A stretch of 64,000 nt of DNA from Escherichia coli (GCF_003018255.1 NZ_CP027440.1), one strand, 5' to 3'. Shown: positions 47,663 through 59,922, counted from the stretch's first letter. Program-made: numbers and translations. The notes: generated from the letters alone by a model not told the origin.

Positions 47663-49654
47663 TTACAGCAGCGCTTTCGCTTTCGCAACAACGTTGTCAA
47701 CGGTGAAGCCGAACTCTTCAAACAGCAGCTCTGCCGGAGCAGATTCACCGAAGGTGGTCATGCCGACGATAGCACCGTTCAGGCCAACATACTTGTACCA
47801 GTAGTCAGCAATACCCGCTTCCACCGCAACGCGTGCAGTAACCGCTTTCGGCAGTACAGACTCACGGTAAGCCGCATCCTGCTTGTCGAACGCGTCGGTA
47901 GACGGCATGGAAACCACGCGCGCTTTCACGCCTTCAGCAGTCAGTTTTTCGTAGGCAGCAACCGCCAGTTCAACTTCAGAACCGGTCGCGATGAAGATCA
48001 GTTCCGGCTGACCGGCACAGTCTTTCAGCACATAACCACCGCGCGCGATGTTTGCCAGCTGCTCTTCAGTACGTTCCTGCTGCGCCAGGTTCTGACGGGA
48101 GAGGATAAGCGCAGTCGGGCCGTCCTGACGCTCAACGCCGTATTTCCACGCGACCGCGGATTCAACCTGGTCACACGGACGCCATGTGGACATGTTCGGG
48201 GTCACGCGCAGTGAAGCGACCTGCTCAACCGGCTGGTGAGTCGGGCCATCTTCGCCCAGACCGATGGAGTCGTGGGTGTAAACCATCACCTGACGCTGTT
48301 TCATCAGCGCAGCCATACGTACGGCGTTACGTGCGTATTCCACGAACATCAGGAAGGTGGAGGTGTACGGCAGGAAGCCACCGTGCAGGGAGATACCGTT
48401 AGCAATCGCGGTCATACCGAACTCGCGAACACCGTAGTGGATGTAGTTACCCGCAGCATCTTCGTTGATTGCTTTAGAACCAGACCACAGGGTCAGGTTA
48501 GACGGTGCCAGGTCAGCAGAGCCGCCGAGGAATTCCGGCAACAGCGGGCCGAACGCTTCAATCGCATTCTGAGACGCTTTACGGCTGGCGATTTTCGCCG
48601 GGTTAGCCTGCAGTTTAGCGATGAACTCTTTCGCTTTGGCGTCGAAGTCAGACGGCATTTCGCCTTTCATACGGCGGGTAAATTCAGCGGCTTCCTGCGG
48701 ATAAGCTTTCGCGTAAGCAGCGAATTTCTCGTTCCATGCGGATTCTTTCGCCTGGCCTGCTTCTTTCGCATCCCACTGAGCATAGATTTCAGACGGGATT
48801 TCGAACGGTGCATATTTCCAGCCCAGCTGTTCGCGGGTCAGGGCAATTTCAGCGTCGCCCAGCGGCGCACCGTGGGAGTCGTGCGTACCGGCTTTGTTCG
48901 GGGAACCGAAACCGATGATGGTTTTGCACATCAGCAGGGACGGTTTGTCAGTCACTGCGCGCGCTTCTTCTACTGCGCGTTTGATGGATGCCGCGTCATG
49001 ACCGTCGATGCCGCGAATAACGTGCCAGCCGTAAGCTTCGAAACGCATTGCGGTGTCGTCGGTGAACCAGCCTTCAACGTGACCATCGATAGAGATACCG
49101 TTGTCATCGTAGAACGCAATCAGTTTACCCAGCTTCAGCGTACCCGCCAGAGAACAAACTTCGTGGGAGATGCCTTCCATCATGCAGCCGTCGCCCATGA
49201 AGGCGTAGGTGTAGTGGTCGACGATGTCGTGGCCCGGACGGTTAAACTGCGCCGCCAGCGTTTTTTCTGCAATCGCCATACCGACTGCGTTGGCAATACC
49301 CTGACCCAGCGGACCTGTAGTGGTTTCCACGCCAGCGGTGTAACCCACTTCCGGGTGGCCCGGAGTTTTAGAGTGCAGCTGACGGAAGTTTTTCAGTTCT
49401 TCCATCGGCAGATCGTAACCGGTGAGGTGCAGCAGGCTGTAGATCAGCATGGAGCCGTGGCCGTTGGACAGCACGAAGCGGTCACGGTCAGCCCAGGACG
49501 GATTCTGCGGGTTGTGTTTCAGGAAATCACGCCACAGGACTTCGGCAATGTCAGCCATACCCATAGGGGCACCCGGGTGACCGGATTTGGCTTTCTGTAC
49601 TGCGTCCATGCTCAGCGCACGAATAGCATTGGCAAGCTCTTTACGTGAGGACAT
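47663..49654 (-). CDS. tktA: Transketolase 1 (663 aa)
   Basis: ORF 47663-49684 trimmed to [22 protein letters not shown]... Confidence 0.95.
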   Translation of the reverse strand: MSSRKELANAIRALSMDAVQKAKSGHPGAPMGMADIAEVLWRDFLKHNPQNPSWADRDRFVLSNGHGSMLIYSLLHLTGYDLPMEELKNFRQLHSKTPGHPEVGYTAGVETTTGPLGQGIANAVGMAIAEKTLAAQFNRPGHDIVDHYTYAFMGDGCMMEGISHEVCSLAGTLKLGKLIAFYDDNGISIDGHVEGWFTDDTAMRFEAYGWHVIRGIDGHDAASIKRAVEEARAVTDKPSLLMCKTIIGFGSPNKAGTHDSHGAPLGDAEIALTREQLGWKYAPFEIPSEIYAQWDAKEAGQAKESAWNEKFAAYAKAYPQEAAEFTRRMKGEMPSDFDAKAKEFIAKLQANPAKIASRKASQNAIEAFGPLLPEFLGGSADLAPSNLTLWSGSKAINEDAAGNYIHYGVREFGMTAIANGISLHGGFLPYTSTFLMFVEYARNAVRMAALMKQRQVMVYTHDSIGLGEDGPTHQPVEQVASLRVTPNMSTWRPCDQVESAVAWKYGVERQDGPTALILSRQNLAQQERTEEQLANIARGGYVLKDCAGQPELIFIATGSEVELAVAAYEKLTAEGVKARVVSMPSTDAFDKQDAAYRESVLPKAVTARVAVEAGIADYWYKYVGLNGAIVGMTTFGESAPAELLFEEFGFTVDNVVAKAKALL

Positions 49655-49931
49655 TTTGACTCCAGATCGGATGATGAAGGGCACGCCCTTAACGACTTGA
49701 CGACAGCGCGTTTTGGGCTACGCCGGAAAATTTGCCAACAATTTACCGCAAGCCGCGCGTCATGTACATGGAACATCCTTTTGCCGCTTCAGAAATCTCT
49801 GGATCATGCTCGCATGTTGCGCAATCTGCTCGCCCGTCCGCTGCGCTTTTCCTTATACTGAGACTGAGCGTCGATTCACCTGCAAACGGCGCATTTTTAG
49901 AATAATCCTGACCTTGTGCGGAAGAGAAAAC

Positions 49932-50690
49932 ATGAAAATTCGCGCCTTATTGGTAGCAATGAGCGTGGCAACGGTACTGACCGGTTGCCAGAATATGGAC
50001 TCCAACGGACTGCTCTCATCAGGAGCGGAAGCTTTTCAGGCTTACAGTTTGAGTGATGCGCAGGTGAAAACCCTGAGCGATCAGGCATGTCAGGAGATGG
50101 ACAGCAAGGCGACGATTGCGCCAGCCAATAGCGAATACGCTAAACGTCTGACAACTATTGCCAATGCGCTAGGCAACAATATCAACGGTCAGCCGGTGAA
50201 TTACAAAGTGTATATGGCGAAGGATGTGAACGCCTTTGCAATGGCTAACGGCTGTATCCGCGTCTATAGCGGGCTGATGGATATGATGACGGATAACGAA
50301 GTCGAAGCGGTGCTCGGTCACGAAATGGGGCACGTGGCATTAGGCCATGTGAAGAAAGGAATGCAGGTAGCACTTGGTACAAACGCAATTCGCGTTGCGG
50401 CGGCCTCTGCAGGCGGAATTGTCGGCAGTTTGTCACAATCACAACTGGGAGACCTGGGCGAAAAGCTAGTCAATTCGCAATTTACCCAACGTCAGGAATC
50501 AGAGGCCGATGATTACTCCTACGATTTGCTGCGCCAACGCGGTATCAGCCCGGCAGGTCTTGCCACCAGCTTTGAAAAACTGGCGAAACTGGAAGAAGGC
50601 CGCCAAAGCTCAATGTTTGACGACCATCCTGCATCCGCCGAACGCGCCCAGCATATTCGCGATCGTATGAGCGCGGATGGAGTTAAGTAA
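49932..50690 (+). CDS. loiP: M48-family metalloprotease lipoprotein LoiP/YggG (252 aa)
   Basis: ORF 49713-50690 trimmed to MKIRALLVAMSVATVLTGC...; HEMGH zinc motif. Confidence 0.85.
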   Translation: MKIRALLVAMSVATVLTGCQNMDSNGLLSSGAEAFQAYSLSDAQVKTLSDQACQEMDSKATIAPANSEYAKRLTTIANALGNNINGQPVNYKVYMAKDVNAFAMANGCIRVYSGLMDMMTDNEVEAVLGHEMGHVALGHVKKGMQVALGTNAIRVAAASAGGIVGSLSQSQLGDLGEKLVNSQFTQRQESEADDYSYDLLRQRGISPAGLATSFEKLAKLEEGRQSSMFDDHPASAERAQHIRDRMSADGVK

Positions 50691-50706
50691 AGCCAGGTAG
50701 TGCCGA

Positions 50707-50743
<37 letters not shown>

Positions 50744-50780
50744 TTAATGGCACATCACCCGTGCGCCTCTTATCTGGCGC

Positions 50781-51701
50781 TTACTCGCCCTTTTTCGCCG
50801 CCTGAATATACAGCATCTCCAGCGCCAGCGTCGCCGCTGCCAGAGCGGTGATTTCCGACTGATCGTATGCCGGAGCCACCTCCACTACGTCCATCCCAAC
50901 GATGTTGAGATCTTTCAGGCCGCGTACCAGTTTAATGGCGCGATCGGAGGTCAGGCCGCCAATTACCGGCGTACCGGTGCCTGGTGCAAATGCAGGGTCC
51001 AGGCAATCGATATCAAAGGTCAGGTAAACCGGCATATCACCCACAATCTGTTTCACCTGGGCGATAACGTCATCCACGCTGCGATCGTTCACCTGGCAGG
51101 CGTCCAGCACGGTAAAGCCGTTGTCTTTATCAAACTCGGTACGAATACCAATCTGCACGGAATGATTCGGGTCGATCAGACCTTCTTTCGGCGCGGTATA
51201 GAACATGGTGCCGTGGTCAAATTCACAACCGTTCGCATAGGTATCGGTGTGGGCGTCAAAGTGTACCAGCGCCATTTTGCCGAAATGCTTCGCATGAGCA
51301 CGCAGCAGCGGCAGCGTAACAAAGTGGTCACCACCGAAGGAGAGCATACGCTTACCGGCAGCCAGCAGCTTCTCGGCGTGTGCCTGCAGCTTCTCGCTCA
51401 TCTCACGGGCATCGCCGAAGGCATATACCAGATCACCGCAGTCCACCACGTTCAGGCGCTCACGCATGTCGAAATTCCACGGGAAGCGGTTGTGTTCCCA
51501 GGCCAGATTCGTCGAAACCTGACGGATCGCTGCCGGACCGTGGCGCCCCCCCGCACGGCCAGAAGTGGCCATATCGAACGGCACGCCAGTAATCACCCAG
51601 TCAGCATCGCTGTCATACGGCTGGAAGTTCATCGGCAGGCGTAAAAAACCAAAGGCGTTGGAAACCAGTGAGTTATCGTATTGATGACCTAAGGTGCTCA
51701 T
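50781..51701 (-). CDS. speB: Agmatinase (306 aa)
   Basis: ORF 50781-51701; arginase-family metal-binding motifs; AGGAGT SD upstream. Confidence 0.9.
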   Translation of the reverse strand: MSTLGHQYDNSLVSNAFGFLRLPMNFQPYDSDADWVITGVPFDMATSGRAGGRHGPAAIRQVSTNLAWEHNRFPWNFDMRERLNVVDCGDLVYAFGDAREMSEKLQAHAEKLLAAGKRMLSFGGDHFVTLPLLRAHAKHFGKMALVHFDAHTDTYANGCEFDHGTMFYTAPKEGLIDPNHSVQIGIRTEFDKDNGFTVLDACQVNDRSVDDVIAQVKQIVGDMPVYLTFDIDCLDPAFAPGTGTPVIGGLTSDRAIKLVRGLKDLNIVGMDVVEVAPAYDQSEITALAAATLALEMLYIQAAKKGE

Positions 51702-51730
51702 GGATGGACTCCTATTACAAAGTCGATATA

Positions 51731-51769
51731 AAAAAACCCTTCCGCGTCGTTAGGCCCGACGAGGAAGGG
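51731..51769 (-). terminator. Rho-independent terminator between the lipoprotein gene and speB
   Basis: Hairpin CCCTTCC...GGAAGGG; on the - strand followed by TTTTTTT; lies 68 nt past the lipoprotein gene stop and about 30 nt before the speB start. Confidence 0.5.
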
Positions 51770-51836
51770 TTGGATTTGCGAAACACAATTTTGTGCTAAT
51801 TATCGCCTTAAATGGGCGAGGCATCAAGCGAGGTTG

Positions 51837-52568
51837 CTATTTCCGACACGGTGGCGGCGCATAGCCATTGTTATCTGCCGGAAAGGCTTGTCCAGAGCAC
51901 GGCGGCAGCGCGTTTTGCGCCGGGCCTTGTAATTCAAAGGCGGCAAAGCCGATTACACCGGTATTACGCACATCGCCTTGCGCCGAATTGGCTGCGTAGG
52001 AATCAGCAACGTTGGCGAACTGAAAAGCCGCTTCGGTATGTTTATCTTTGCGGAATCCTTTAATCGCTAACGAATCTCCGGCATTCACAATATAGCCGTT
52101 GTTATTCAGCGAACCTTGCTTGCCGTTCAGCACATCCAGGCCATCAACCGTAGCAACGATCTCGTAGTTGGTGTTACGACTGTAATTGCGGACATATAAT
52201 TGATAATTCATTCCTACTCTGGCATGGACAATATAGCGTGGTTCATTATTTGACGAATCATAAACCCGCGTAATAGGTAGAGAATTAAAATTACCATCGC
52301 GAATAGCATATTCAAGTTCGTTAATACGAATGCTATAAACGCGGTCATAGCCGGAAGGAACAGTAGTCGAATAACTAATAACGATCATCTCTGCCGGATC
52401 GCGCCAAGCTCGCTCAGCAGATACGCCCTGAACCGTTGAGTGCACATCCCCACCCCAGGCGGTGCCGACATTGCCTGATGCACTGCTATTATACTGCGCA
52501 TTACTGGAACAACCGGCCAGCAGCACGGCTAATGCTATCAACGCGCTACGTACTTTCCCTTTTTTCAT
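51837..52568 (-). CDS. Lipoprotein of unknown function (243 aa)
   Basis: ORF 51837-52568; signal peptide with lipobox LLAG-C (MKKGKVRSALIALAVLLAGCSSN); GAGGGA SD upstream; Asn/Ser/Tyr/Gly-rich mature region with two C-terminal Cys; not at this position in K-12 as I recall. Confidence 0.75.
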   Translation of the reverse strand: MKKGKVRSALIALAVLLAGCSSNAQYNSSASGNVGTAWGGDVHSTVQGVSAERAWRDPAEMIVISYSTTVPSGYDRVYSIRINELEYAIRDGNFNSLPITRVYDSSNNEPRYIVHARVGMNYQLYVRNYSRNTNYEIVATVDGLDVLNGKQGSLNNNGYIVNAGDSLAIKGFRKDKHTEAAFQFANVADSYAANSAQGDVRNTGVIGFAAFELQGPAQNALPPCSGQAFPADNNGYAPPPCRK

Positions 52569-52655
52569 AACCGTTCCCTCTGCATTTAATTAATGCAGCG
52601 ATTGTAGGGAGATTATTTAATAAGAAAAGCAGCTAAATTATTTTTAAGAATATAT

Positions 52656-52696
52656 AAAAAGAAAGCGGGCCGATTTACGTAAATAAATCGACCCGC
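52656..52696 (-). terminator. speA rho-independent terminator
   Basis: 13-bp stem GCGGGCCGATTTA / TAAATCGACCCGC with one mismatch; on the - strand followed by TTTCTTTTT, about 20 nt after the speA stop. Confidence 0.55.
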
Positions 52697-52713
52697 CAGC
52701 GGAATAATCTTAA

Positions 52714-54690
52714 TTATTCATCTTCAAGATAGGTATAACCGTACAAACCTGCCTCGAACTCTTCAAGGAACTGTTGTTGCAGTTCAGCATCAAGATCGGT
52801 TTTCTTCACTTGATCACGGAACTGGGTTAACAACGTTTTCGGATCGAGCTGTACATATTGCAGCATATCCGCCACGGTATCGCCTTCGTCAGACAGTTCT
52901 ACTTCTACGCTGCCGTCAGGGAAGACGAACACGTCAACCGCTTCGGTATCACCGAACAGGTTGTGCATGTTGCCGAGGATCTCCTGATATGCGCCGACCA
53001 TGAAGAAACCGAGCATCGGCGGATTCTCTGGATCGTACTCCGGCATTGGCATTGTCGTGGCAATACCATCACCATCGATGTAGTGATCAATAGCACCGTC
53101 AGAATCACAGGTAATATCCAGCAGCACAGCGCGGCGCTCCGGCACTTGATCCAACCCTTCCAGCGGCAGAACCGGGAACAACTGGTCGATCCCCCATGCG
53201 TCCGGCATCGACTGGAACAGCGAGAAGTTGACGTACATTTTGTCAGCCATACGTTCCTGCAGCTCGTCGATAATCGGACGATGCGCACGGTTTTGCGGAT
53301 CCAGTTGCTTCTGCACTTCATGGCACATGCTCAGATAGAGTTGTTCTGCCCATGCACGTTCTTGCAGGCTAAAGGTGCCGGAAGAGTAGCCGATATGAAT
53401 ATCGTGCAGATCCATCTGGCTGTCGTGTAACCATTCACGCAGAGAACGACGAGTTCCCGGTTCGTGCATCTCCTGCCAGGTTTCCCACATGCTTTGCAGG
53501 GCGCGCGGTGCGTCTTCTGCAGGCGCGGTCGGCACCGTGTATTCGTTACGTTCCACGCCGATGATATTCGACACCAGCACGGTGTGATGCGCAGTCACCG
53601 CACGACCCGACTCGGTGATTACCGTCGGATGTGGCAGACCATTTTCTTCACACGCATCACCAATCGCCCAGATGATGTTGTTGGCGTATTCATTGAGGCC
53701 GTAGTTCACCGAACAGTCGGACTGCGAACGGGTGCCTTCATAGTCCACGCCCAGACCGCCGCCAACGTCGAAGCACTGAATATTGACGCCCAGCTTGTGC
53801 AGTTCCACATAGAAACGCGCGGATTCACGAACGCCTGTCGCGATATCGCGAATATTCGCCATCTGCGAACCGAGGTGGAAGTGCAGCAGTTGCAGGCTGT
53901 CGAGACGCCCGGCTTCACGCAGCGTTTCAACCAGTTGCAGTACCTGAGTCGCCGCCAGGCCGAACTTCGATTTTTCCCCGCCAGAGGACTGCCATTTACC
54001 CGAGCCCTGCGAAGCCAGACGTGCACGCACGCCCAGACGAGGAACGACATTCAGACGTTCTGCTTCATCCAGCACAATGGCAATTTCTGACATCTTCTCA
54101 ATGACCAGATAGACCTTGTGGCCCATCTTCTCGCCAATTAATGCCAGGCGGATATATTCGCGGTCCTTATAACCGTTGCAGACGATGACGCTACGGGTCA
54201 TGCCAGCATGTGCCAGCACCGCCATCAACTCCGCTTTGGAACCGGCTTCCAGGCCCAGCGGTTCGCCCGAATGAATCAGGGACTCAATCACGCGGCGGTG
54301 CTGGTTAACTTTGATCGGATAAACGAGGAAGTAATCGCCGTTATAGCCGTAGGATTCCCGCGCACGTTTGAACGCGGCGTTAATAGAACGCAAACGGTGC
54401 TGCAGGATCTGTGGGAAACAGAACAGTGCAGGCAGACGCTGGCCCTGTGCTTCACGAGTTTTCACTAACTGCGCGAGATCGACGCGAGCTTCCGGGACGT
54501 CCGGGTCCGGGCACACGCTAATGTGGCCCAGCTCGTTAACGTCATAGTAGTTATTGCCCCACCAGGCAATATTGTAAGTACGCAGCATCTTGCTGGCTTC
54601 CTGGGAGCTCATTGCAACCTCCTGCATGGAGCGTAGTACACCGTGTTCGCCCGCTGACGAAGGCAAACCCATAGACATGTCGTCAGACAT
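52714..54690 (-). CDS. speA: Biosynthetic arginine decarboxylase (658 aa)
   Basis: ORF 52714-54702 trimmed to [21 protein letters not shown]...; PLP-dependent fold-III decarboxylase. Confidence 0.95.
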
Positions 54691-54698
54691 AGCGAACC

Positions 54699-54830
54699 TC
54701 AAATTATTTTATTAAGTGTAAAACAGTTAACGACTATCGCAGCCTGGAACTGCGATAACAACCCATAAGCACATGGATTTTCCAGCAGTGAATGCTGACG
54801 CTCCAACTGCGCAATCGGTTTCTTTTTCAT
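54699..54830 (-). CDS. yqgB: Small upstream ORF YqgB (43 aa)
   Basis: Read from sequence on the - strand: [43 protein letters not shown]; its stop lies 8 nt before the speA ATG. Confidence 0.5.
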
Positions 54831-54965
54831 AACATTATTAAGCACATAACCGAACGTAAGTGTGACAGTTCGGCGAAACCACGAGAAAACTCTTGTTTTT
54901 ACAAGAGCGCCCTTGTTCAGTCCTCAGTAGCTGTAACCAGCTCTTGAATCCTGAGAAGCGCCGAG

Positions 54966-55181
54966 ATGGGTATAACATCGGCAGGTATGCAAAGCAGAGA
55001 TGCAGAGTGCGGGGAACGAATCTTCACCAGAACGGTGAGACAGGTTAAGCAGCAGACAACGGTTCATTATTTCGTATCACCTCCACGGCCGCCTGTTAAG
55101 ACGAACCCACAAGCCAAAACTCTGTTTTCAACCCGGCTGGAAGTGGCAACACGAAAGAAACGTCGTGTGCTTTTTATTTAA
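54966..55181 (+). CDS. yqgC: Small ORF, YqgC-like (71 aa), doubtful
   Basis: ORF-track entry in the speA-metK spacer matching the position and size of a K-12 hypothetical; no other support. Confidence 0.25.
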   Translation: MGITSAGMQSRDAECGERIFTRTVRQVKQQTTVHYFVSPPRPPVKTNPQAKTLFSTRLEVATRKKRRVLFI

Positions 55182-55444
55182 GCCGCGCGCCGCGTTTTAT
55201 ACCCCACAATGGCAGAAAATTGCAAAAGATAAATACGCAGAATGCCAGCATTGTCAGGAAAAATTTCCAGCCACGTTTTTAACAGAATGAGACACAATTC
55301 AAAAAAAAGTGGAAATCGGGTGAAGAATTGACCTAAAATAGCCATCCAGATGTTAATCCATCCATACCGATTAACACTCAGACTGCCAGTGTTTTTAACC
55401 TGCAGAGTCGTGGTAGGATCCGCTACCACAGAAAATCCACACAA
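55178..55444 (-). CDS. yqgD: Small ORF, YqgD-like, doubtful; start uncertain
   Basis: ORF-track entry in the speA-metK spacer matching the position of a K-12 hypothetical; no other support. Confidence 0.25.
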   Translation of the reverse strand: MCGFSVVADPTTTLQVKNTGSLSVNRYGWINIWMAILGQFFTRFPLFFELCLILLKTWLEIFPDNAGILRIYLLQFSAIVGYKTRRAA

Positions 55445-55484
55445 CAGTTTGAGCTAACCAAATTCTCTTTAGGTGATATTAAAT

Positions 55485-56639
55485 ATGGCAAAACACCTTT
55501 TTACGTCCGAGTCCGTCTCTGAAGGGCATCCTGACAAAATTGCTGACCAAATCTCTGATGCCGTTTTAGACGCGATCCTCGAACAGGATCCGAAAGCACG
55601 CGTTGCTTGCGAAACCTACGTAAAAACCGGCATGGTTTTAGTTGGCGGCGAAATCACCACCAGCGCCTGGGTAGACATCGAAGAGATCACCCGTAACACC
55701 GTTCGCGAAATTGGCTATGTGCATTCCGACATGGGCTTTGACGCTAATTCCTGTGCGGTTCTGAGCGCTATCGGCAAACAGTCTCCTGACATCAACCAGG
55801 GCGTTGACCGTGCCGATCCGCTGGAACAGGGCGCGGGTGACCAGGGTCTGATGTTTGGCTACGCAACCAATGAAACCGACGTGCTGATGCCAGCGCCTAT
55901 CACCTATGCACACCGTCTGGTACAGCGTCAGGCTGAAGTGCGTAAAAACGGCACTCTGCCGTGGCTGCGCCCGGACGCGAAAAGCCAGGTGACTTTCCAG
56001 TATGACGACGGCAAAATCGTTGGCATTGATGCTGTCGTGCTTTCCACTCAGCACTCTGAAGAGATCGACCAGAAATCGCTGCAAGAAGCGGTAATGGAAG
56101 AGATCATCAAGCCGATTCTGCCCGCTGAATGGCTGACTTCTGCCACCAAATTCTTCATCAACCCGACCGGTCGTTTCGTTATCGGTGGCCCGATGGGTGA
56201 CTGCGGTCTGACTGGTCGTAAAATCATCGTTGATACCTACGGCGGCATGGCGCGTCATGGTGGCGGTGCGTTCTCCGGTAAAGATCCATCAAAAGTGGAC
56301 CGTTCCGCAGCCTACGCAGCACGTTATGTCGCGAAAAACATTGTTGCTGCTGGCCTGGCCGATCGTTGTGAAATTCAGGTTTCCTACGCAATCGGCGTGG
56401 CTGAACCGACTTCCATCATGGTAGAAACTTTCGGTACTGAGAAAGTGCCTTCTGAACAACTGACTCTGCTGGTACGTGAGTTCTTTGACCTGCGTCCATA
56501 CGGTCTGATTCAGATGCTGGATCTGCTGCACCCGATCTACAAAGAAACCGCAGCATACGGTCACTTTGGTCGCGAACATTTCCCGTGGGAAAAAACCGAC
56601 AAAGCGCAGCTGCTGCGCGATGCTGCCGGTCTGAAGTAA
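55485..56639 (+). CDS. metK: S-adenosylmethionine synthetase (384 aa)
   Basis: ORF 55473-56639 trimmed to [18 protein letters not shown]... Confidence 0.95.
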
Positions 56640-56658
56640 TCTTTCTTCACCTGCTTTC

Positions 56659-56690
56659 AAAGGCCAGCCTCGCGCTGGCCTTTTTCTTTT
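56659..56690 (+). terminator. metK rho-independent terminator
   Basis: Hairpin GGCCAGC-ctcgc-GCTGGCC followed by TTTTTCTTTT, about 20 nt after the metK stop. Confidence 0.65.
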
Positions 56691-57072
56691 ACCTCACCGC
56701 GGTGGATAGACATTCACGCCGCATCCGGCAAAAAAACGCCCGCAATAACATCATTCTTCCTCAACACGTTTTACCGCAAATTATCATCACGACTGAAACC
56801 GATTACACCAACCACACCAGCCAAATATTTGTAATATTTTCATATTATTATTCGGCTTTCACAGTTGTTACATTTCTTTTCAGTAAAGTCTTAATTGCAG
56901 ATAACAGCGTTTAATCTATGATGATATAACTCAATTATTTTCATGCACTTAAATCATAACTAAGATAAATGTTAGTGTAAGCGATTACACTGATGTGATT
57001 TGCTTCACATCTTTTTACGTCGTACTCACCTATCTTAATTCACAATAAAAAATAACCATATTGGAGGGCATC

Positions 57073-58467
57073 ATGCCTGACGCTAAAAAACAGGGGCGGT
57101 CAAACAAGGCAATGACGTTTTTCGTCTGCTTCCTTGCTGCTCTGGCGGGATTACTCTTTGGCCTGGATATCGGTGTAATTGCTGGCGCACTGCCGTTTAT
57201 TGCAGATGAATTCCAGATTACTTCGCACACGCAAGAATGGGTCGTAAGCTCCATGATGTTCGGTGCGGCAGTCGGTGCGGTGGGCAGCGGCTGGCTCTCC
57301 TTTAAACTCGGGCGCAAAAAGAGCCTGATGATCGGCGCAATCCTGTTTGTTGCCGGTTCACTGTTCTCTGCGGCTGCGCCAAACGTTGAAGTACTGATTC
57401 TTTCGCGCGTTCTGCTGGGGCTGGCGGTGGGTGTGGCCTCTTATACCGCACCGCTGTACCTCTCTGAAATTGCGCCGGAAAAAATTCGCGGCAGTATGAT
57501 CTCGATGTATCAGTTGATGATCACTATCGGGATCCTCGGCGCTTATCTTTCTGATACCGCCTTCAGCTACACCGGTGCATGGCGCTGGATGCTGGGTGTG
57601 ATTATCATCCCGGCAATTTTGCTGCTGATTGGTGTCTTCTTCCTGCCAGACAGCCCACGTTGGTTTGCCGCCAAACGCCGTTTTGTTGATGCCGAACGCG
57701 TGCTGCTACGCCTGCGTGACACCAGCGCGGAAGCGAAACACGAACTGGATGAAATCCGTGAAAGTTTGCAGGTTAAACAGAGTGGCTGGGCGCTGTTTAA
57801 AGAGAACAGCAACTTCCGCCGCGCGGTGTTCCTTGGCGTACTGTTGCAGGTAATGCAGCAATTCACCGGGATGAACGTCATCATGTATTACGCGCCGAAA
57901 ATCTTCGAACTGGCGGGTTATACCAACACTACCGAGCAAATGTGGGGGACAGTGATTGTCGGCCTGACCAACGTACTTGCCACCTTTATCGCAATCGGCC
58001 TTGTTGACCGCTGGGGACGTAAACCAACGCTAACGCTGGGCTTCCTGGTGATGGCTGCTGGCATGGGCGTACTCGGTACAATGATGCATATCGGTATCCA
58101 CTCTCCGTCGGCGCAGTATTTCGCCATCGCCATGCTGCTGATGTTTATTGTTGGCTTTGCCATGAGTGCCGGTCCGCTGATTTGGGTACTGTGCTCCGAA
58201 ATTCAGCCGCTGAAAGGCCGCGATTTTGGCATCACCTGCTCCACCGCCACCAACTGGATTGCCAACATGATCGTTGGCGCAACGTTCCTGACCATGCTCA
58301 ACACGCTGGGTAACGCCAACACCTTCTGGGTGTATGCGGCTCTGAACGTACTGTTTATCCTGCTGACATTGTGGCTGGTGCCGGAAACCAAACATGTTTC
58401 GCTGGAACATATTGAACGTAATCTGATGAAAGGTCGTAAACTGCGCGAAATCGGCGCTCACGATTAA
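57073..58467 (+). CDS. galP: Galactose:H+ symporter, MFS sugar porter (464 aa)
   Basis: ORF 57061-58467 trimmed to [32 protein letters not shown]...; GGAGGG SD upstream. Confidence 0.95.
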   Translation: MPDAKKQGRSNKAMTFFVCFLAALAGLLFGLDIGVIAGALPFIADEFQITSHTQEWVVSSMMFGAAVGAVGSGWLSFKLGRKKSLMIGAILFVAGSLFSAAAPNVEVLILSRVLLGLAVGVASYTAPLYLSEIAPEKIRGSMISMYQLMITIGILGAYLSDTAFSYTGAWRWMLGVIIIPAILLLIGVFFLPDSPRWFAAKRRFVDAERVLLRLRDTSAEAKHELDEIRESLQVKQSGWALFKENSNFRRAVFLGVLLQVMQQFTGMNVIMYYAPKIFELAGYTNTTEQMWGTVIVGLTNVLATFIAIGLVDRWGRKPTLTLGFLVMAAGMGVLGTMMHIGIHSPSAQYFAIAMLLMFIVGFAMSAGPLIWVLCSEIQPLKGRDFGITCSTATNWIANMIVGATFLTMLNTLGNANTFWVYAALNVLFILLTLWLVPETKHVSLEHIERNLMKGRKLREIGAHD

Positions 58468-58543
58468 TCTCCTCAGGCTTCCTCCCGTCGTGGAGGAAGC
58501 CACCTCTTGCAGTCATCTTTTCTTCGCTCTATCCTCTGCCGCT

Positions 58544-59041
58544 ATGAAAACATCCCGTCTCCCTATCGCCCTCCAACAGGCCGTTATGCGTCGCCTGCGG
58601 GAAAAACTCGCCCAGGCGAACCTGAAGCTAGGGCGTAACTACCCGGAGCCAAAACTCTCTTACACCCAGCGCGGAACCTCTGCCGGAACAGCCTGGCTGG
58701 AAAGCTATGAAATTCGCCTCAATCCCGTTTTGCTGTTGGAAAACAGTGAAGCCTTTATTGAAGAAGTGGTGCCGCACGAACTGGCACATTTGCTGGTATG
58801 GAAACATTTCGGCCGCGTAGCACCACATGGCAAAGAGTGGAAGTGGATGATGGAAAGCGTGCTGGGCGTTCCCGCCCGTCGTACGCATCAGTTTGAACTG
58901 CAATCCGTGCGCCGCAACACCTTCCCCTACCGCTGTAAGTGCCAGGAACATCAGCTTACCGTACGCCGCCATAATCGCGTAGTTCGTGGCGAAGCCGTCT
59001 ATCGCTGTGTTCACTGCGGCGAACAGCTGGTTGCGAAATAA
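58544..59041 (+). CDS. sprT: SprT-family zinc metallopeptidase-like protein (165 aa)
   Basis: ORF 58490-59041 trimmed to the ATG at 58544 ([18 protein letters not shown]...); HExxH motif (HELAH) and C-terminal Cys cluster. Confidence 0.8.
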   Translation: MKTSRLPIALQQAVMRRLREKLAQANLKLGRNYPEPKLSYTQRGTSAGTAWLESYEIRLNPVLLLENSEAFIEEVVPHELAHLLVWKHFGRVAPHGKEWKWMMESVLGVPARRTHQFELQSVRRNTFPYRCKCQEHQLTVRRHNRVVRGEAVYRCVHCGEQLVAK

Positions 59042-59135
59042 CCACCTGAACTATCAGGAACTTTCCTGATCTGGCTGATTGCATACCAAAACAACTTTCG
59101 CTACGTTGCTGGCTCGTTTTAACACGGAGTAAGTG

Positions 59136-59843
59136 ATGTACCGTTATTTGTCTATTGCTGCGGTGGTACTGAGCGCAGCATTTTCCGGCCCGGCGTTGGC
59201 CGAAGGTATCAATAGTTTTTCTCAGGCGAAAGCCGCAGCGGTAAAAGTCCACGCTGACGCGCCCGGTACGTTTTATTGCGGATGTAAAATTAACTGGCAG
59301 GGCAAAAAAGGCGTTGTTGATCTGCAATCGTGCGGCTATCAGGTGCGCAAAAATGAAAACCGCGCCAGCCGCGTAGAGTGGGAACACGTCGTTCCTGCCT
59401 GGCAATTCGGTCACCAGCGCCAGTGCTGGCAGGACGGTGGACGTAAAAATTGCGCCAAAGATCCGGTCTATCGCAAGATGGAAAGCGATATGCATAACCT
59501 GCAGCCGTCAGTCGGTGAGGTGAATGGCGATCGCGGCAACTTTATGTACAGCCAGTGGAATGGCGGTGACGGCCAGTACGGTCAATGCGCCATGAAGGTC
59601 GATTTCAAAGAAAAAGTTGCCGAACCACCAGCGCGTGCACGCGGTGCCATTGCGCGCACCTACTTCTATATGCGTGACCAATACAACCTGACACTCTCTC
59701 GTCAGCAAACGCAGCTGTTCAACGCATGGGACAAGATGTATCCGGTTACCGACTGGGAGTGCGAGCGTGATGAACGCATCGCGAAGGTGCAGGGCAATCA
59801 TAACCCGTATGTGCAACGCGCTTGCCAGGCGCGAAAGAGCTAA
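59136..59843 (+). CDS. endA: Periplasmic endonuclease I (235 aa)
   Basis: ORF 59133-59843 using the ATG at 59136; signal peptide [22 protein letters not shown]. Confidence 0.9.
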   Translation: MYRYLSIAAVVLSAAFSGPALAEGINSFSQAKAAAVKVHADAPGTFYCGCKINWQGKKGVVDLQSCGYQVRKNENRASRVEWEHVVPAWQFGHQRQCWQDGGRKNCAKDPVYRKMESDMHNLQPSVGEVNGDRGNFMYSQWNGGDGQYGQCAMKVDFKEKVAEPPARARGAIARTYFYMRDQYNLTLSRQQTQLFNAWDKMYPVTDWECERDERIAKVQGNHNPYVQRACQARKS

Positions 59844-59922
59844 CCTACACTAGCGGGATTCTTTTTGTTAACCCCTACCCCACGCGTACAACCGCGTGGG
59901 GAGACGACGCGGATTTTTAACT

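Noticed and set aside
48236-49648. 470-aa + strand ORF
   Set aside because: Entirely antisense to tktA; His/Arg/Val-rich translation typical of a reverse-frame artefact.
58477-58500. 9-bp hairpin GCTTCCTCC-cgtcgt-GGAGGAAGC just after galP
   Set aside because: Good stem but no adjacent T-tract, so not confidently a rho-independent terminator; may be a REP-like or RNA-stability element.
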